NCBI GenBank assembly: GCA_964372005.1
Contig: CAYJPI010000001.1
Coordinates: 11,642 to 35,964, forward strand
DNA length: 24,323 nt
Direction: 5' to 3'
DNA from: an uncultured Oscillospiraceae bacterium
Lineage (GTDB): Bacteria > Bacillota > Clostridia > Christensenellales > CAG-138
The position numbers and the translations under genes are program-made. A model generated the notes under the pieces. That model worked only from the letters and a program-made list of their open reading frames with translations. It was not told where the DNA came from and did not search any database. Positions 8,540 through 19,484 of this stretch are shown one piece after another. Each line of letters begins with the position of its first letter. Positions within the stretch are counted from its first letter, which is position 1.

Positions 8540-8830
8540 ATGGAAGAAGAAAGAGATGTTGTTACGTTTTCCGATGATGAAGGAAATGAATTTGAGCTCG
8601 ATGTAGTAGACTACTTTGAACACGAAGGACAAGAGTATGCTGTTCTCATGGATTTGAGCGATCTCCCCGAGGAGGGCGAAGCGGACGATGTGGAGCAGGA
8701 TGTTTACATTATGAAGATCGTCGTCAATGGAGACATGGAAGAATTCGTCCCGGCCGATGAGGAAAAGATGGACGAGCTTGCCAAGATTGTTGAAGAACGT
8801 CTCGGCGAAGAATTTGAGGACGAAGAGTAA
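8540..8830 (+). CDS. DUF1292 family small acidic protein
   Basis: VVTFSDDEGNEFELDVVDYFEHEGQEYAVL pattern, 96 aa, very acidic; typical of Bacillota. Confidence 0.88.
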   Translation: MEEERDVVTFSDDEGNEFELDVVDYFEHEGQEYAVLMDLSDLPEEGEADDVEQDVYIMKIVVNGDMEEFVPADEEKMDELAKIVEERLGEEFEDEE

Positions 8831-8866
8831 ACAAGCTCTTTGAGTAATTTCAAAGGTTGGAACAAT

Positions 8867-8891
8867 AAAAAGTGGCCTTGGCCACTTTTTT
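8867..8891. terminator. Bidirectional intrinsic terminator
   Basis: aaaaagtggc-cttg-gccactttttt between convergent DUF1292 and HxlR genes. Confidence 0.85.
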
Positions 8892-8907
8892 GCGTTTCAT
8901 AATAAAA

Positions 8908-9234
8908 TCAAGTCATTCCCCAGCGGGCTAATTCTTGCAAAGCGGGCATAACGGCCTTTGCTTTTTCGGTTATAAAGTATTCTACACGAATTGGCATCTC
9001 GTTGTACTGAACACGGTTGATCAATCCATCTTTTTCTAAATCCTTGAGCGATGAAGCGAGCATGGTATTTGTAATACCTTGAACCTTTTTTAATAATTCA
9101 TTATAACGAATCCCCTCATTCGAACATAAAACACATAGGATGGGGATTTTCCACTTGCCGCCGATCCTTTTAAGTGCGGTTTGTAAAGGACATTGCGTGT
9201 TACAGGGGCAGTGGTGCGCCTTTAACTCACTCAT
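8908..9234 (-). CDS. HxlR (MarR/DUF24) family winged-helix regulator
   Basis: CPLQTALKRIGGKWKIPIL, RYNEL, ITNTMLASSLKDLEKDGLINRVQYNEMPIRVEY; AGGAGG RBS. Confidence 0.93.
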   Translation of the reverse strand: MSELKAHHCPCNTQCPLQTALKRIGGKWKIPILCVLCSNEGIRYNELLKKVQGITNTMLASSLKDLEKDGLINRVQYNEMPIRVEYFITEKAKAVMPALQELARWGMT

Positions 9235-9267
9235 GTTTTTCGTACCTCCTAATAATAAATTGCCTTA

Positions 9268-9323
9268 TTGCAATAGAAGTTAATGTATGCAATAATACTA
9301 TCAGATAAGAAAAACTGAGTCAA
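9268..9323. promoter_or_regulatory. Overlapping promoters for the divergent hxlR-like and flavin-binding genes
   Basis: Plus: TTGCAA (9268-9273), 17 bp, TG-n-AATAAT (9291-9296). Minus: TTGACT (9323-9318), 17 bp, TG-n-TAGTAT (9300-9295). Confidence 0.6.
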
Positions 9324-9351
9324 TAATTAAAACAAAGTAAGGAGAGGAAAA

Positions 9352-9747
9352 ATGAAGAACTTAGAAAACGTATCAAAATTGTTCCAAGATCAGGAGAGCA
9401 CAAAAGTTGTAAGCACCGTTTCCGATGCAGGTGAAATCCATTCCATCGTTGCAGGTAGCGTTTTTGTTGTTGATGATAACACTTTGGCAGTGGCCGAGGT
9501 TTTCATGAACACTACAAGCAAGAACCTAAGCGAAAACAGCAAGGTAGCCATCTTGGCGGCTAAAGGCATGGAATCTTACCTGGTGACGGGAACAGTACAA
9601 AAGCGCCATACCGAAGGCATGTTTTACGATGCGGTTATGGAGAGGTTCGCCGCTCTCAAAATGCCCATCAAAGCTATATGGACTTTTAATGTGGAAAAGA
9701 TTTATGATGAAAGTGCCGGCCCTAATGGCGGCAAGCAAATCTTTTAA
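9352..9747 (+). CDS. Pyridoxamine 5'-phosphate oxidase-like (split-barrel FMN-binding) protein
   Basis: KVVSTVSDAGEIH, FMNTTSKNLSENSKVAI, SYLVTG, VEKIYDESAGPNGGK; 131 aa; AAGGAGAGG RBS. Confidence 0.8.
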   Translation: MKNLENVSKLFQDQESTKVVSTVSDAGEIHSIVAGSVFVVDDNTLAVAEVFMNTTSKNLSENSKVAILAAKGMESYLVTGTVQKRHTEGMFYDAVMERFAALKMPIKAIWTFNVEKIYDESAGPNGGKQIF

Positions 9748-9772
9748 TCTCTAAAATCTATAGCGAATTAAG

Positions 9773-9809
9773 AAATGACAGCCTTTGAATAGAGGGTTGT
9801 CATTTTTTT
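9773..9809 (+). terminator. Intrinsic terminator
   Basis: aatgacagcctt-loop-agggttgtcatt followed by a T run. Confidence 0.8.
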
Positions 9810-10027
9810 ATAATAAATTGATGAACAAATGACAGTAATCAACCATATTTGAAAAAAAGGGGAGTCGAACGTTCATTCCCAAAACAAATTACGCATTTGA
9901 TTTAATAGTAAATAAATATATTAAAAATCTTCATCGCCATGTAACCGAAAAGTAACTATGATTATGTATACTGAAAACAATAACGGAATGCTACACAGGT
10001 TTGTAGTCGAAAGGATGGTAACAAAAA

Positions 10028-13000
10028 ATGACATTATTCGCAAAGGATCAGGGGTACGGCATGCGAGTGATATGCTTCTTGCTCTCGATTATGATGGCGT
10101 TTACGGCCGTGGCATTCGCTACACCCGTACATGCCACAGAAGGAGAGACACAGGGGGCGCCTGCCGAAGTGCCGAGCTCATCGGATGGAAGTGAAGGGGA
10201 TGGTGTTCTCGAACAGGAAGAAGGGCCGCAACCGGAAGCTCCGATTTATGTTTTCTCCTATTATGATGCCGATGAAACATTAATTCAGGCATACAATGTA
10301 GGGCCGCGTTCGGACTACTTCATTGCACCCGAGGTGGATAACCTTATCGCATGGTATAGCGAGCCGTCAAAAGGTGGTGAACCCTCCGGCGAAGAAATCG
10401 ATCCTATGGACTATGCCGATTTTGAAAGTATAGTCGAATCGATGGATTTCTACGCGCATGTCGATGCAGCTAAGATGATTACATTCCATTCTAACTTCGA
10501 TGGAGAGGACACGCATACTGAATCCTACGACTTGGATGAGAATGTAATGCTTCCTTATTATGATGAAACCAACCTACCCGAGCGCGAAGGCTATTCCTTC
10601 ATCGGCTGGGCTACCGCTAAGGATGCATTGGAAGCGGAGTATGTAAGCGGCGCAAGCGCGGTGATCGATGCGATAGCTGAAGCGAACGTGGAAGAAGAAA
10701 TGAGCGGCGCACATCTTTACGCCGTGTGGGAAAAGACTAAGACGAAGCTTTATATCGTCCCTATTCCCTCCAGAAAAGTGTACGATGGTACGGCTATCTC
10801 ACCCGTAGCGGGTTATGATTATGAGGTAGGCTTCATAGTAACTACGGATGAAGAGGGAAGTGTACCGTTCATATTTGAAGACGGACAAACCGTTGAACTT
10901 AATGGCGATGCACCATTCGAGTTCGATGAAGGCGTAGATACGATTTCTGCAAGCGAAGAAGGAAAGCGCTTCTCCATTGTAACTTCCGCCACTGTGTACA
11001 ACGCAGACGGAAGCGTAAATGATGACACATATTCGCTGATCTATAATAGCGCTGTAGCGCGCGTTTTCCACCGCCCCGTAACCATCATGCCACAGAGCGC
11101 CGAGAAAACCTATGATGGCGAGGCTCTTACGCAGAGCAAACTTTACGAGGATGTAGAAATGGATGAAGAGGAAAGCGGGCTTTTGGATGGCCACGCGGTT
11201 GCCTCATTCATTGCTACGGGATCGATAACGGATGCAAATGTAACGCTTGACGAAACGGGCAAGTATACCGACCCCGAAGCGAATAATCCCATCGAGGAGA
11301 ATAGCATCGTAATTGAGGATGATAGCAATAATGATGTTACATCAAACTACCTCATATCCACCGTTTCAGGTGTACTCGTTGTAATGCCCACCGTTGATGG
11401 CGTAGCACAGACACTTGAACAAACCAATGTCGGTGCACCGACCTACGAAGTATTCGTAAATGGTGAATCCATCGGCAAGTTCGAGGAAGGCGCTACAGTA
11501 ACCTATGAAACTGTAGAGAATGGAAATACAAGCAAAGGCTTCTTCATTTACTCCAATGAAACGATGTCGCAATCATTGAGCGTTAAATATTTTATCGGCG
11601 CGGATGCAAAGTATAGCTCAAGCCATATCGGCCGTGGATATGATATTGTTATGCCTGCAAAAAACATGTACATCCGCACAGTAGAAGAGCATCCGACCGC
11701 CTACATGCCTGTGAGCGACTACCCAACAGTCCCGAGCGATGTTGCGGATTTCGCGCCGATATCGGGAAGCGGCGTTTCCACCGATCCTTACATACTCGAA
11801 AGGGGAAAAACGTACTACATCCCCAATAATCGAACTTTGTTTATTGAGGATGGAGCGAGCATGCCTCAAACCTCATATTGGAGATTGTATACCACGTCCG
11901 GAAGCATGGCATTCTCCGAAACATCCACCGCTCAAGTATCTGACGGATTTTTGCAGGAGACGGGTGATGGAAAGCTAATGCAATATGCCAAGGTATATGC
12001 CAAGTACATGGGCGATGGCATGGTGTATCTACAGTACTATAGCACAGGATATTGCGGCATTCGCACATCTACCGTCCATGTGGAGGTGGTTGAATCCGTA
12101 AAGGGCGGAATATCGATAGACGGAAATGAGTCGATGGCCGTCGGAACTACACAAGACCTGATTGTTGACTTTGAGGCCGCCACATCCGACGATGCCGTTG
12201 AATGGAGCATTATATCGGGAATCGATGCGCAGGATGCAGAAGTGACCGACCCCGCCGCACTCGCCGCAATTGCTACGGTTGACGAGAACGGCAAAGTTAC
12301 GGCGCTTGCAACCGGTAGCGTAACCGTGCAGGCAAAGGCGGTTGGCGTAGGAAGCTCTGACGATGCCATAGCGACGCTTAACATCGCGATTGTTGAGGGC
12401 ACAAGCCACACCATCTCCTTTAGTGCTAACACCGAAGCGTTTACAGCCCCCATCGAGGATATTACGGTAGCACAAGGCGAGGCGGTAACCGTATTGCCCG
12501 TGCCCGAAAGCGTGAGCGGAATTAAATTTGCAGGTTGGTACTTGGATACAAACTACAAGGAATCCTTCGTAAGCTCCATGCAGTTGCACGATGATATCAT
12601 CCTTTATGCCAAATGGTCGCAGACTGTTGTAACCGTAACATTGGATGCAGGCGCAGGTGTATTCGAGGATACACGCTTGAACACACGCACACTCATGCTT
12701 GCGCTTGATAATGTGGATGATGAGGGAATTATGTATGCAACCCTTCCCACAACCTTGATCCCTTGGAAAACCACAACCATACAGGACACAACCACGGCCG
12801 CAAGCTTCACCGGCTGGCATTACATCGATGACAGCGGAATGGCGGTTCTCGCCCCTACAAACATTACAACCGACATGGAGTTGTTTGCGCAGTACTCGGA
12901 ATTATCAGCCACTTCAATACCTGATGGCTGGTCGAGCATCGCTCGTTTGATCGCGGATGATGCACAGCCCGTGCGCAATCCCATCGAAATTGAAGGTTTG

Positions 13001-14506
13001 GGCGAAGCGATGACCGAGGAAGGCTACGATGTCTCCGACAGTGACGATGTTATTCGCTTCAGCTTCTCTCTCGATTCCCCCGAGCTCATGAAAGGCTCTG
13101 ACGTATTCTTGGTTGTTGATAAGTCAACTTCCATGGTTTCCGCAAGATGGCGCGAGGCGGTTGATGCTGTTGATACATTCGCAAAAGCTTTCTTCGAAAA
13201 CGATGCAAACAACCGTGTAGGGCTCGTGCAGTTCTCAGGGAATGTGCAAAATAGCTTTAACCTTAGAAATACCTATAGCGCTTTTAGTAGTGATTTTGTA
13301 AGGGAAATGCCCAATGGCGCAACCACGGCGGCAAATCGCTCCGGTGACGGAACGAACTACACCATCGCGCTACAACAGCTTCTATACTTCATGAGTACGC
13401 GCACCGCAGAGGAGGCTAAGCGTCCATGCTATGTGATCTTTATATCGGACGGTGTACCCGAAAATGTGTTGGGACAGAAGGTTACAACAACCAATAGCCC
13501 TTCGTTGGAGCAGAACATAATCGGCGAATCGGAGGCCGCGCGCCTGCAAACGATGGCGGATCATGTATACTCGATTGGTATCGGTAACGCAAACCCGAAG
13601 TATCTTACCAACATCGGCGAACTCATGAGCGGAAGTGACCTTACCGATACCCTCAGCCAGATTGAAAGCCGGCTTGTAACACTTTCTCAGCGTAAAGGCG
13701 AGCTTGCATATGCGCTTACCGATGCATATGCAGACTTCCAAATTTTTGAGGATGAAACATACACCACCGAGTGGGCCCAAACAACGGGTATTCAAACTTT
13801 AGGTGAAGAAGATGTTAGTGCACCCGTAACGGACTTCGTGCCCATGAATGCGGAAAACTACGCCATCGAAACGAGTGGAGAGAACATTTTGTTTAACGGA
13901 ATTTCGGTGGAAGATGCCGTGGAGATTCGTTTCTACGCAAAGCCCATCGAAGAACCTCTCCCTGAACCTGAGCCCGAGCCTGATGAGCCCGAACCGGAGC
14001 CGCAGCCCGAGCCCGAGCCGGAGCCCGAACCCGAGCCGGAACCGGAGCCGCAGCCCGAACCTATAGCGGAAATTTCCGAACCCGTGGCTGAGGCCGCCCC
14101 CGATAACACGAGCATTTTTGACACGAACATACCGTTCGCGGCGGCAGAGGGAGACCCTGCATGGGCATTGCTCAACCTCATCCTAACGGTGGTAACCGGT
14201 ATGATGTCCGTTTACTTGATGATGGGATATTACTCCAAGCGCAAGAATAAGGACGATGAAATCATCCCCGAGGAAGAGGAAGCGATGATTAAGCGCAGGG
14301 GAATGTGGAGAGTGGCGAGCTTGCTACCCATCGCGAGTGCGGTGATTGCATTCATCCTCACCGAAGATATGCGCCTGCCCATGGTATGGACCGATGCATG
14401 GACACCTCTCATGATCGCTATTACCATCATCCAGGTAGTTGTATTCGCCTTCGCTCGTAAGAAAAAGGACGAAGATGAAGATGAAGATGCGGCTGTAAAC
14501 AGCTAA
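10028..14506 (+). CDS. Large secreted surface protein / putative adhesin: signal peptide, InlB B-repeat-like domains, MBG-like repeats, Big_2-like Ig domain, vWA domain, Pro-Glu stalk, three-TM anchor module
   Basis: Hydrophobic signal ending ATPVHA; B-repeat motifs (ITFHSN...REGYSFIGW...LYAVW; ISFSAN...FAGWY...LYAKW); KVYDG / [36 protein letters not shown]; v[25 protein letters not shown]. Alternative start ATG 10061. Confidence 0.9.
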   Translation: MTLFAKDQGYGMRVICFLLSIMMAFTAVAFATPVHATEGETQGAPAEVPSSSDGSEGDGVLEQEEGPQPEAPIYVFSYYDADETLIQAYNVGPRSDYFIAPEVDNLIAWYSEPSKGGEPSGEEIDPMDYADFESIVESMDFYAHVDAAKMITFHSNFDGEDTHTESYDLDENVMLPYYDETNLPEREGYSFIGWATAKDALEAEYVSGASAVIDAIAEANVEEEMSGAHLYAVWEKTKTKLYIVPIPSRKVYDGTAISPVAGYDYEVGFIVTTDEEGSVPFIFEDGQTVELNGDAPFEFDEGVDTISASEEGKRFSIVTSATVYNADGSVNDDTYSLIYNSAVARVFHRPVTIMPQSAEKTYDGEALTQSKLYEDVEMDEEESGLLDGHAVASFIATGSITDANVTLDETGKYTDPEANNPIEENSIVIEDDSNNDVTSNYLISTVSGVLVVMPTVDGVAQTLEQTNVGAPTYEVFVNGESIGKFEEGATVTYETVENGNTSKGFFIYSNETMSQSLSVKYFIGADAKYSSSHIGRGYDIVMPAKNMYIRTVEEHPTAYMPVSDYPTVPSDVADFAPISGSGVSTDPYILERGKTYYIPNNRTLFIEDGASMPQTSYWRLYTTSGSMAFSETSTAQVSDGFLQETGDGKLMQYAKVYAKYMGDGMVYLQYYSTGYCGIRTSTVHVEVVESVKGGISIDGNESMAVGTTQDLIVDFEAATSDDAVEWSIISGIDAQDAEVTDPAALAAIATVDENGKVTALATGSVTVQAKAVGVGSSDDAIATLNIAIVEGTSHTISFSANTEAFTAPIEDITVAQGEAVTVLPVPESVSGIKFAGWYLDTNYKESFVSSMQLHDDIILYAKWSQTVVTVTLDAGAGVFEDTRLNTRTLMLALDNVDDEGIMYATLPTTLIPWKTTTIQDTTTAASFTGWHYIDDSGMAVLAPTNITTDMELFAQYSELSATSIPDGWSSIARLIADDAQPVRNPIEIEGLGEAMTEEGYDVSDSDDVIRFSFSLDSPELMKGSDVFLVVDKSTSMVSARWREAVDAVDTFAKAFFENDANNRVGLVQFSGNVQNSFNLRNTYSAFSSDFVREMPNGATTAANRSGDGTNYTIALQQLLYFMSTRTAEEAKRPCYVIFISDGVPENVLGQKVTTTNSPSLEQNIIGESEAARLQTMADHVYSIGIGNANPKYLTNIGELMSGSDLTDTLSQIESRLVTLSQRKGELAYALTDAYADFQIFEDETYTTEWAQTTGIQTLGEEDVSAPVTDFVPMNAENYAIETSGENILFNGISVEDAVEIRFYAKPIEEPLPEPEPEPDEPEPEPQPEPEPEPEPEPEPEPQPEPIAEISEPVAEAAPDNTSIFDTNIPFAAAEGDPAWALLNLILTVVTGMMSVYLMMGYYSKRKNKDDEIIPEEEEAMIKRRGMWRVASLLPIASAVIAFILTEDMRLPMVWTDAWTPLMIAITIIQVVVFAFARKKKDEDEDEDAAVNS
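13961..14062 (+). repeat. Coding tandem repeat encoding second Pro-Glu stalk
   Basis: cctgaa/cccgag/ccggag units, [20 protein letters not shown]... Confidence 0.95.
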
Positions 14507-14514
14507 TACCCCTC

Positions 14515-14550
14515 AAAAAACACCCCCGCGGCATAGCCGCGGGGGTGTTT
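14515..14550. terminator. Bidirectional intrinsic terminator
   Basis: Perfect 15-bp arms aaacacccccgcggc-ata-gccgcgggggtgttt between the convergent surface-protein gene and typA. Confidence 0.9.
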
Positions 14551-14603
14551 GTGTTTATATAATATGTACTGTAATCACGCACAAAGGCATGAATAAGCGC
14601 TTG

Positions 14604-16421
14604 TTAACCCTTGCTCTTTGCCCTCATACGCATTTCTTTATTGAGTAAGATCTTGCGCATGCGGATGTTTTCGGGCGTGACCTCAACGAGCTCTTCCTCG
14701 GTGATGAACTCAAGGCATTGCTCGAGCGTGAAGATCGTCGGAGGGGTGAGGCGAAGCGCATCGTCCGAGCCGGAAGCGCGCATGTTGGTTACATGCTTCT
14801 TCTTGCACACATTAACCACGATGTCGTCCACCTTGGCGTTCTCTCCCACAACCTGGCCTTGATACACAGGAATGCCTGCACCGACAAACAATCTACCGCG
14901 CTCCTGCGTGTTGAATAGGCCGTATGCGGTGGTTTCGCCGGTTTCATGCGCTACAAGACTGCCGCGCTGGCGCTCTTGAATGTCTCCCTTATATGCTTCA
15001 TAGCCATGGAAGATGTGGCTCATAACGCCGTTTCCGCGCGTATCGGTAAGCAGTTCGCTCCTATATCCCATCAGGCCGCGAGCAGGGATGAGGAACATCA
15101 AGCGCGTGCCTTCGTCACCTGCGACCATGTCGACAAGCTCTGCTTTGCGCGTGCCAAGCTTCTCCATAACCGCGCCGACATATTCTTGAGGTACATCCAC
15201 CGTTAAGGATTCGATAGGCTCGAGCTTCTTGCCATTCTTGTCCTCCTTGAATATTACATTCGGGCGGCTGACCGCGAACTCATATCCTTGGCGGCGCATG
15301 GTTTCGATGAGTATGGAAAGATGCAGTTCGCCGCGTCCGCTAACCTTAAAGGTGTCCGTGGACTCGGTTTCCTCAACGCGCATCGACACATTCGTTTGTA
15401 TCTCCTTCATGAGACGCTCGCGAAGATTACGCGATGTTACGAACTTGCCCTCCCTTCCTGCGAAGGGGCTGTCATTGACGAGGAAGTGCATGCTCACGGT
15501 GGGTTCGTCGATCTCAACGAAGGGTAGGGGGTCTACCGCTTCGGGGGCACATGCCGTCTGGCCGACGCTAAGGCCCTCAACACCTGCAACCGCTACGATA
15601 TCGCCAACCGATGCACTTTCGATTTCAACGCGCTTCAAACCTTCGAAGTGGTACAATCTCGTTAGCTTCACGCTATGTTCTTTACCCGAAGGGCCGCCGG
15701 CGAGTACAACGGGCATGTTGCGCGTTGCTGTGCCGCGGATTATGCGCCCAACGCCGATGCTTCCGACATAGTCATCGTAATCGAGGGTGGAGAAGAGTAT
15801 TTGCAAGGGTGCTTCGGCGTCACCTGCCGGTGCAGGGATTGTGTTCAATATAGTTTCGAAGAGAGGTTCCATGTTGCCCTCGCGAACCTCATGGTCTAAA
15901 GATGCATAGCCTTCCTTTGCACTTGCGTATACAACGGGGAAGTCGAGCTGTTCCGCGCTTGCGCCGAGATCCATGAACAGTTCGAGCGTTTCGTCAACCA
16001 CTTCGATGGGGCGTGCGCCCGGGCGATCGACCTTGTTAACCACCACGACGGGGATTTTATCAAGCTCGAGTGCCTTGCGAAGAACGAAGCGTGTTTGAGG
16101 CATACATCCTTCAAATGCGTCAACGAGAAGAACAACGCCATCAACGAGCTGGAGTATACGTTCCACCTCGCCGCCGAAGTCCGCATGTCCCGGTGTATCT
16201 ACGATGTTGATGCGCGTACCGTTATAGGAAACGCCTGTGTTTTTCGAGAGTATGGTTATACCACGCTCACGCTCGAGATCGTTATTGTCCATGATACGCT
16301 CTTTGATGGCCTCGTTTATACGGAAAACTCCGCTTTGTTGAAGAAGCTTGTCCACGAGCGTGGTTTTGCCATGGTCGACGTGCGCGATGATGGCGATGTT
16401 TCTGATGGTTTCGTTCTGCAT
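14604..16421 (-). CDS. typA: Translational GTPase TypA/BipA
   Basis: [65 protein letters not shown]; 605 aa. Confidence 0.98.
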   Translation of the reverse strand: MQNETIRNIAIIAHVDHGKTTLVDKLLQQSGVFRINEAIKERIMDNNDLERERGITILSKNTGVSYNGTRINIVDTPGHADFGGEVERILQLVDGVVLLVDAFEGCMPQTRFVLRKALELDKIPVVVVNKVDRPGARPIEVVDETLELFMDLGASAEQLDFPVVYASAKEGYASLDHEVREGNMEPLFETILNTIPAPAGDAEAPLQILFSTLDYDDYVGSIGVGRIIRGTATRNMPVVLAGGPSGKEHSVKLTRLYHFEGLKRVEIESASVGDIVAVAGVEGLSVGQTACAPEAVDPLPFVEIDEPTVSMHFLVNDSPFAGREGKFVTSRNLRERLMKEIQTNVSMRVEETESTDTFKVSGRGELHLSILIETMRRQGYEFAVSRPNVIFKEDKNGKKLEPIESLTVDVPQEYVGAVMEKLGTRKAELVDMVAGDEGTRLMFLIPARGLMGYRSELLTDTRGNGVMSHIFHGYEAYKGDIQERQRGSLVAHETGETTAYGLFNTQERGRLFVGAGIPVYQGQVVGENAKVDDIVVNVCKKKHVTNMRASGSDDALRLTPPTIFTLEQCLEFITEEELVEVTPENIRMRKILLNKEMRMRAKSKG

Positions 16422-16449
16422 TTGGTCCTACCTTATTTTTTTGATAAAT

Positions 16450-17607
16450 CTATTTTGTATATAACAGCGTGAAGTTTCCGCTCTTATCCACAATACCAAC
16501 ATTGGAGCCTTTTTCCACGATGGCATAGCCGTCTACATAGTCGCCTGCCGCATCGTAGGAGTGGGGAACAATTATGTCGCCCGTTTTATCTATATATCCC
16601 CACAATCCGCTTTCATCCTTTACCGCAGCGCGATTATCGTGGAAGCTATTCGCCTCTTCAAATGTTGCGGGGATTACGAGTGCACCGTCCGTGTCTATAT
16701 ATCCCCACTTGCCGTCCGATTTAACCGCGGCAAGGCCGCCTGAAAACGGCATGGCGTTTTCGTATAATTCGGAGAACGCGTATCTTCTTGATGTATTGTA
16801 GTATCGATACCCGTCATCCTCCTTGATGGGGGAGAATCCTTCAGAGTAGCCGAAACCCTCCACAGAGTCGAGCGATTGTAGCTTTTCGCCCATGCGATCG
16901 ATGAGGTAAGCGTCGCCGTCCTCGATAACCCATGCCATGTCATCGCCGAAATCGCCGCAATCATCCCAAATGTCGCTTATGGCCATGTCGCCGTCAACAT
17001 CGATATAACCCCAGGTATCGCCGGTTCGTACGCGTGCGCGGCCATTATGGAAGTCTCCGGCCTCACGATATACGCTTTGCACGGTTCGAATACCGCTTTC
17101 GTCGATGTAACCCCACTTGTCATCAAGTTCAACCGCCGCATATCCGTTCACAAAATCTCGAACATAACTATATGTCGGCTCGACCAAGAATACACCGTCT
17201 CGGCCCAAAAGTCCATACCCTTCTTCTGTTTCCACAAAAGCATAGTATCTATCGGCGAACTCAAATGCATCCGTATATGCCGCTTCTATCACTATTTCGG
17301 CGTTCGAATTCATGTAGCCGAACAGGCCGTTTTCCTCATATGGGAAGAGCCTTCCGGTGTTATCCGCAACTTCGTTCGGCACATCATTGTCGTCGCTTTG
17401 TGCATCCGTAACATCGTCCAAGTTATCTTCGGGCGGTTCGGTTATCACACCATTACTCGCTTCGGGCACAACGGATGTATCGCGCAATGAAAGCGCACCG
17501 TCTCCGTTATATAAAAGCACATATCCGCCCACGAAAAGGGCTATGATAGCGATGACGATGGGGTAGTACCACAGCATCGCCAGTCGCCGCCTCGATTGAT
17601 TGCTCAT
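16450..17607 (-). CDS. WG (KWG) repeat protein with N-terminal membrane anchor
   Basis: Repeated F..G.A.V....KWGYID..G units (DKWGYIDESG, TWGYIDVDG, GKWGYIDTDG, GLWGYIDKTG); RRR plus hydrophobic helix at the N-terminus; ATGA overlap with the glmU stop. Confidence 0.9.
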   Translation of the reverse strand: MSNQSRRRLAMLWYYPIVIAIIALFVGGYVLLYNGDGALSLRDTSVVPEASNGVITEPPEDNLDDVTDAQSDDNDVPNEVADNTGRLFPYEENGLFGYMNSNAEIVIEAAYTDAFEFADRYYAFVETEEGYGLLGRDGVFLVEPTYSYVRDFVNGYAAVELDDKWGYIDESGIRTVQSVYREAGDFHNGRARVRTGDTWGYIDVDGDMAISDIWDDCGDFGDDMAWVIEDGDAYLIDRMGEKLQSLDSVEGFGYSEGFSPIKEDDGYRYYNTSRRYAFSELYENAMPFSGGLAAVKSDGKWGYIDTDGALVIPATFEEANSFHDNRAAVKDESGLWGYIDKTGDIIVPHSYDAAGDYVDGYAIVEKGSNVGIVDKSGNFTLLYTK

Positions 17608-18980
17608 GGCAGTTCCAATCCTATACGCTCACGTATGGTGTGCGCGAATCCTTCCTTCGTTGTCTGCCTTGACCTTGCTATGGCGAATGCATGATCGGGC
17701 ACATCCTCAGTGATGACGCTTCCTGCCGCCGTGTATGCGCCGTTTCCAACGCTAACGGGTGCTACGAGTGCAGTTTGGCAACCGAGGAATACATCATCGC
17801 CGACCTGTGTGAGATGCTTGTTCTTCCCATCGTAATTTACGAACACCGTGCCGCATCCGCAGTTGGTGCGCTTACCTATTGTACCATCGCCGATATAGCT
17901 TAAATGCGGTAGCTTACTGCCTTCGCCCACGGTTGAATTTTTAACTTCAACGAAGTTGCCTACCTTTACGCGATCGTGAAGATGCGTTCCGGGGCGCAGG
18001 TTCACGAAAGGCCCTATGTTTATGCCGTTTTCGACGATCGCTTCATTGGCCACGACCGCCTGCAACGCGCAATTATCCCCTATGCGGCTATTTACTATCC
18101 TACAGCCGGGGTAGAGCGTTGTGGAACATCCTATCGAGGTATTGCCCTCCAATACCACGCCGGGGTATACCGTAGTATCCGCATCGATTTTTACATCCGC
18201 GCCGATGTAGGTTGCATTGGGGTCGATCAAAGTTATGCCGTTTAGCATGTGGCGTTCGTTGATCGCACTTTGCATTATACGAGTGCAGGCGGTCAGTTCA
18301 ACTTTCGAGTTGACACCCATGCCCTTGTAGAACGGTATCTGCATCGCTTCCACGCGCTTGCCGGCATCGTTAAGAAGTTTGATGCAGTCCGTCAAGTAGT
18401 ATTCGCCCTGCGCATTGTCTGCAGTTAGACGATCGAGACAGCCAAGCAGAGATTCAATGTCGAAACAATATGCCGATAGGTTCACCTCGTCGATGGATCG
18501 TTGCTCTTCGCTCGCATCTTTGTGCTCCACGATTGAGGATACGAAGCCGCTTTCATCGCGAATGATTCGCCCGTATCCCGTGGGATCGTCGGCGCAAGCG
18601 GTCAACATCGATGCATCGGCGGTGGAGGAGAGTAGTTTTGATACGCTCTGTTCATCGAGTAGCGGCATGTCGGCGGCGAGTACAAGTATCTTGCCGCGTT
18701 CTTTTTCGAAATGTTCGCGCGCACACATCAAGGCATGGCCTGTGCCGCGTTGCTCTTTTTGAAGCGCGTAGCGTACGCTTTCACCGATATGCGCCCTTAC
18801 GGTATCGGCTCCGTGGCCGATTACTACTACCGGTGAATGCTCGGTTAAGCCTTCAACCGCACTTATCGCGTGGTTTACCATGCTTTTTGAGCACACTTTA
18901 TGTAACACTTTCGGCACTGCCGAGTGCATTCTTTTACCTTCGCCCGCCGCGAGCAATATAGCACAAACTGCCTTCTGCAT
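17604..18980 (-). CDS. glmU: Bifunctional UDP-GlcNAc pyrophosphorylase / glucosamine-1-phosphate N-acetyltransferase
   Basis: LAAGEGKRM, GTGHA, GYGRI, NAQGEYYLTD, hexapeptide repeats, HLSYIGD, NYDG; GGAGG RBS. Confidence 0.97.
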   Translation of the reverse strand: MQKAVCAILLAAGEGKRMHSAVPKVLHKVCSKSMVNHAISAVEGLTEHSPVVVIGHGADTVRAHIGESVRYALQKEQRGTGHALMCAREHFEKERGKILVLAADMPLLDEQSVSKLLSSTADASMLTACADDPTGYGRIIRDESGFVSSIVEHKDASEEQRSIDEVNLSAYCFDIESLLGCLDRLTADNAQGEYYLTDCIKLLNDAGKRVEAMQIPFYKGMGVNSKVELTACTRIMQSAINERHMLNGITLIDPNATYIGADVKIDADTTVYPGVVLEGNTSIGCSTTLYPGCRIVNSRIGDNCALQAVVANEAIVENGINIGPFVNLRPGTHLHDRVKVGNFVEVKNSTVGEGSKLPHLSYIGDGTIGKRTNCGCGTVFVNYDGKNKHLTQVGDDVFLGCQTALVAPVSVGNGAYTAAGSVITEDVPDHAFAIARSRQTTKEGFAHTIRERIGLELP

Positions 18981-19014
18981 ACTTCACTTCCTCCAAAAGC
19001 CCATTAACTTCAAT

Positions 19015-19043
19015 AGTATAGCATATTCCATGCCTTTGTGGAA
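19015..19043 (-). promoter_or_regulatory. Possible glmU promoter
   Basis: Minus strand TG-C-TATACT (19020-19015), weak -35 TTCCAC at 17 bp. Confidence 0.4.
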
Positions 19044-19084
19044 GTGCTAAATATCCGATTTTCAGTAGCTCATATTATATAGTG

Positions 19085-19137
19085 TTGACAAATTGAAGGT
19101 AGTAGGCATATAATGCATTATACCCTATAGGGGTATA
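19085..19137 (+). promoter_or_regulatory. SigmaA promoter with CsoR-type operator
   Basis: TTGACA (19085-19090), 18 bp, TATAAT (19109-19114), then TATACCC-TATAG-GGGTATA (19119-19137), the TAC-C-tract/G-tract-GTA form typical of CsoR/RcnR operators. Confidence 0.85.
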
Positions 19138-19181
19138 GGGTTATGCTATATACTATAATTTAAGGATAGGAGCGGTTGTGT

Positions 19182-19457
19182 ATGAAGCAATGTATGGATG
19201 TAGAAGCCGTAAATAAGCGGCTTAGGAAGATTGAGGGGCAAGTACGGGGAGTACAAAAGATGGTGGAGGCGGATAAGGCATGCGAGGACATCCTCATACA
19301 AATCGGTGCGATAAAATCGGCATTGCATAAGACCGGGCAGATAATATTGGAAGGGCATATGCACCATTGTGTGGCCGATGCGATTAAGCATGGCGAAGAG
19401 GAACAAGCGATAGAGAAGCTGATTTCCGCGTTAAACCAATTTTCAAAAACGATTTAG
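19182..19457 (+). CDS. csoR: CsoR/RcnR family metal-sensing repressor
   Basis: RLRKIEGQVRGVQKMV, ACEDILIQIGAIKSAL, EGHMHHCV (C-H-C fingerprint); start moved to ATG 19182 behind AGGAG. Confidence 0.92.
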   Translation: MKQCMDVEAVNKRLRKIEGQVRGVQKMVEADKACEDILIQIGAIKSALHKTGQIILEGHMHHCVADAIKHGEEEQAIEKLISALNQFSKTI

Positions 19458-19484
19458 AAAACTATATAATGAAGGGGAGTACAA

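Noticed and set aside
9810..10027. Possible c-di-GMP riboswitch upstream of the adhesin gene
   Set aside because: No GGCAAA..GAAA..ACGCAAA (class I) or class II pattern is visible; region is simply AT-rich.
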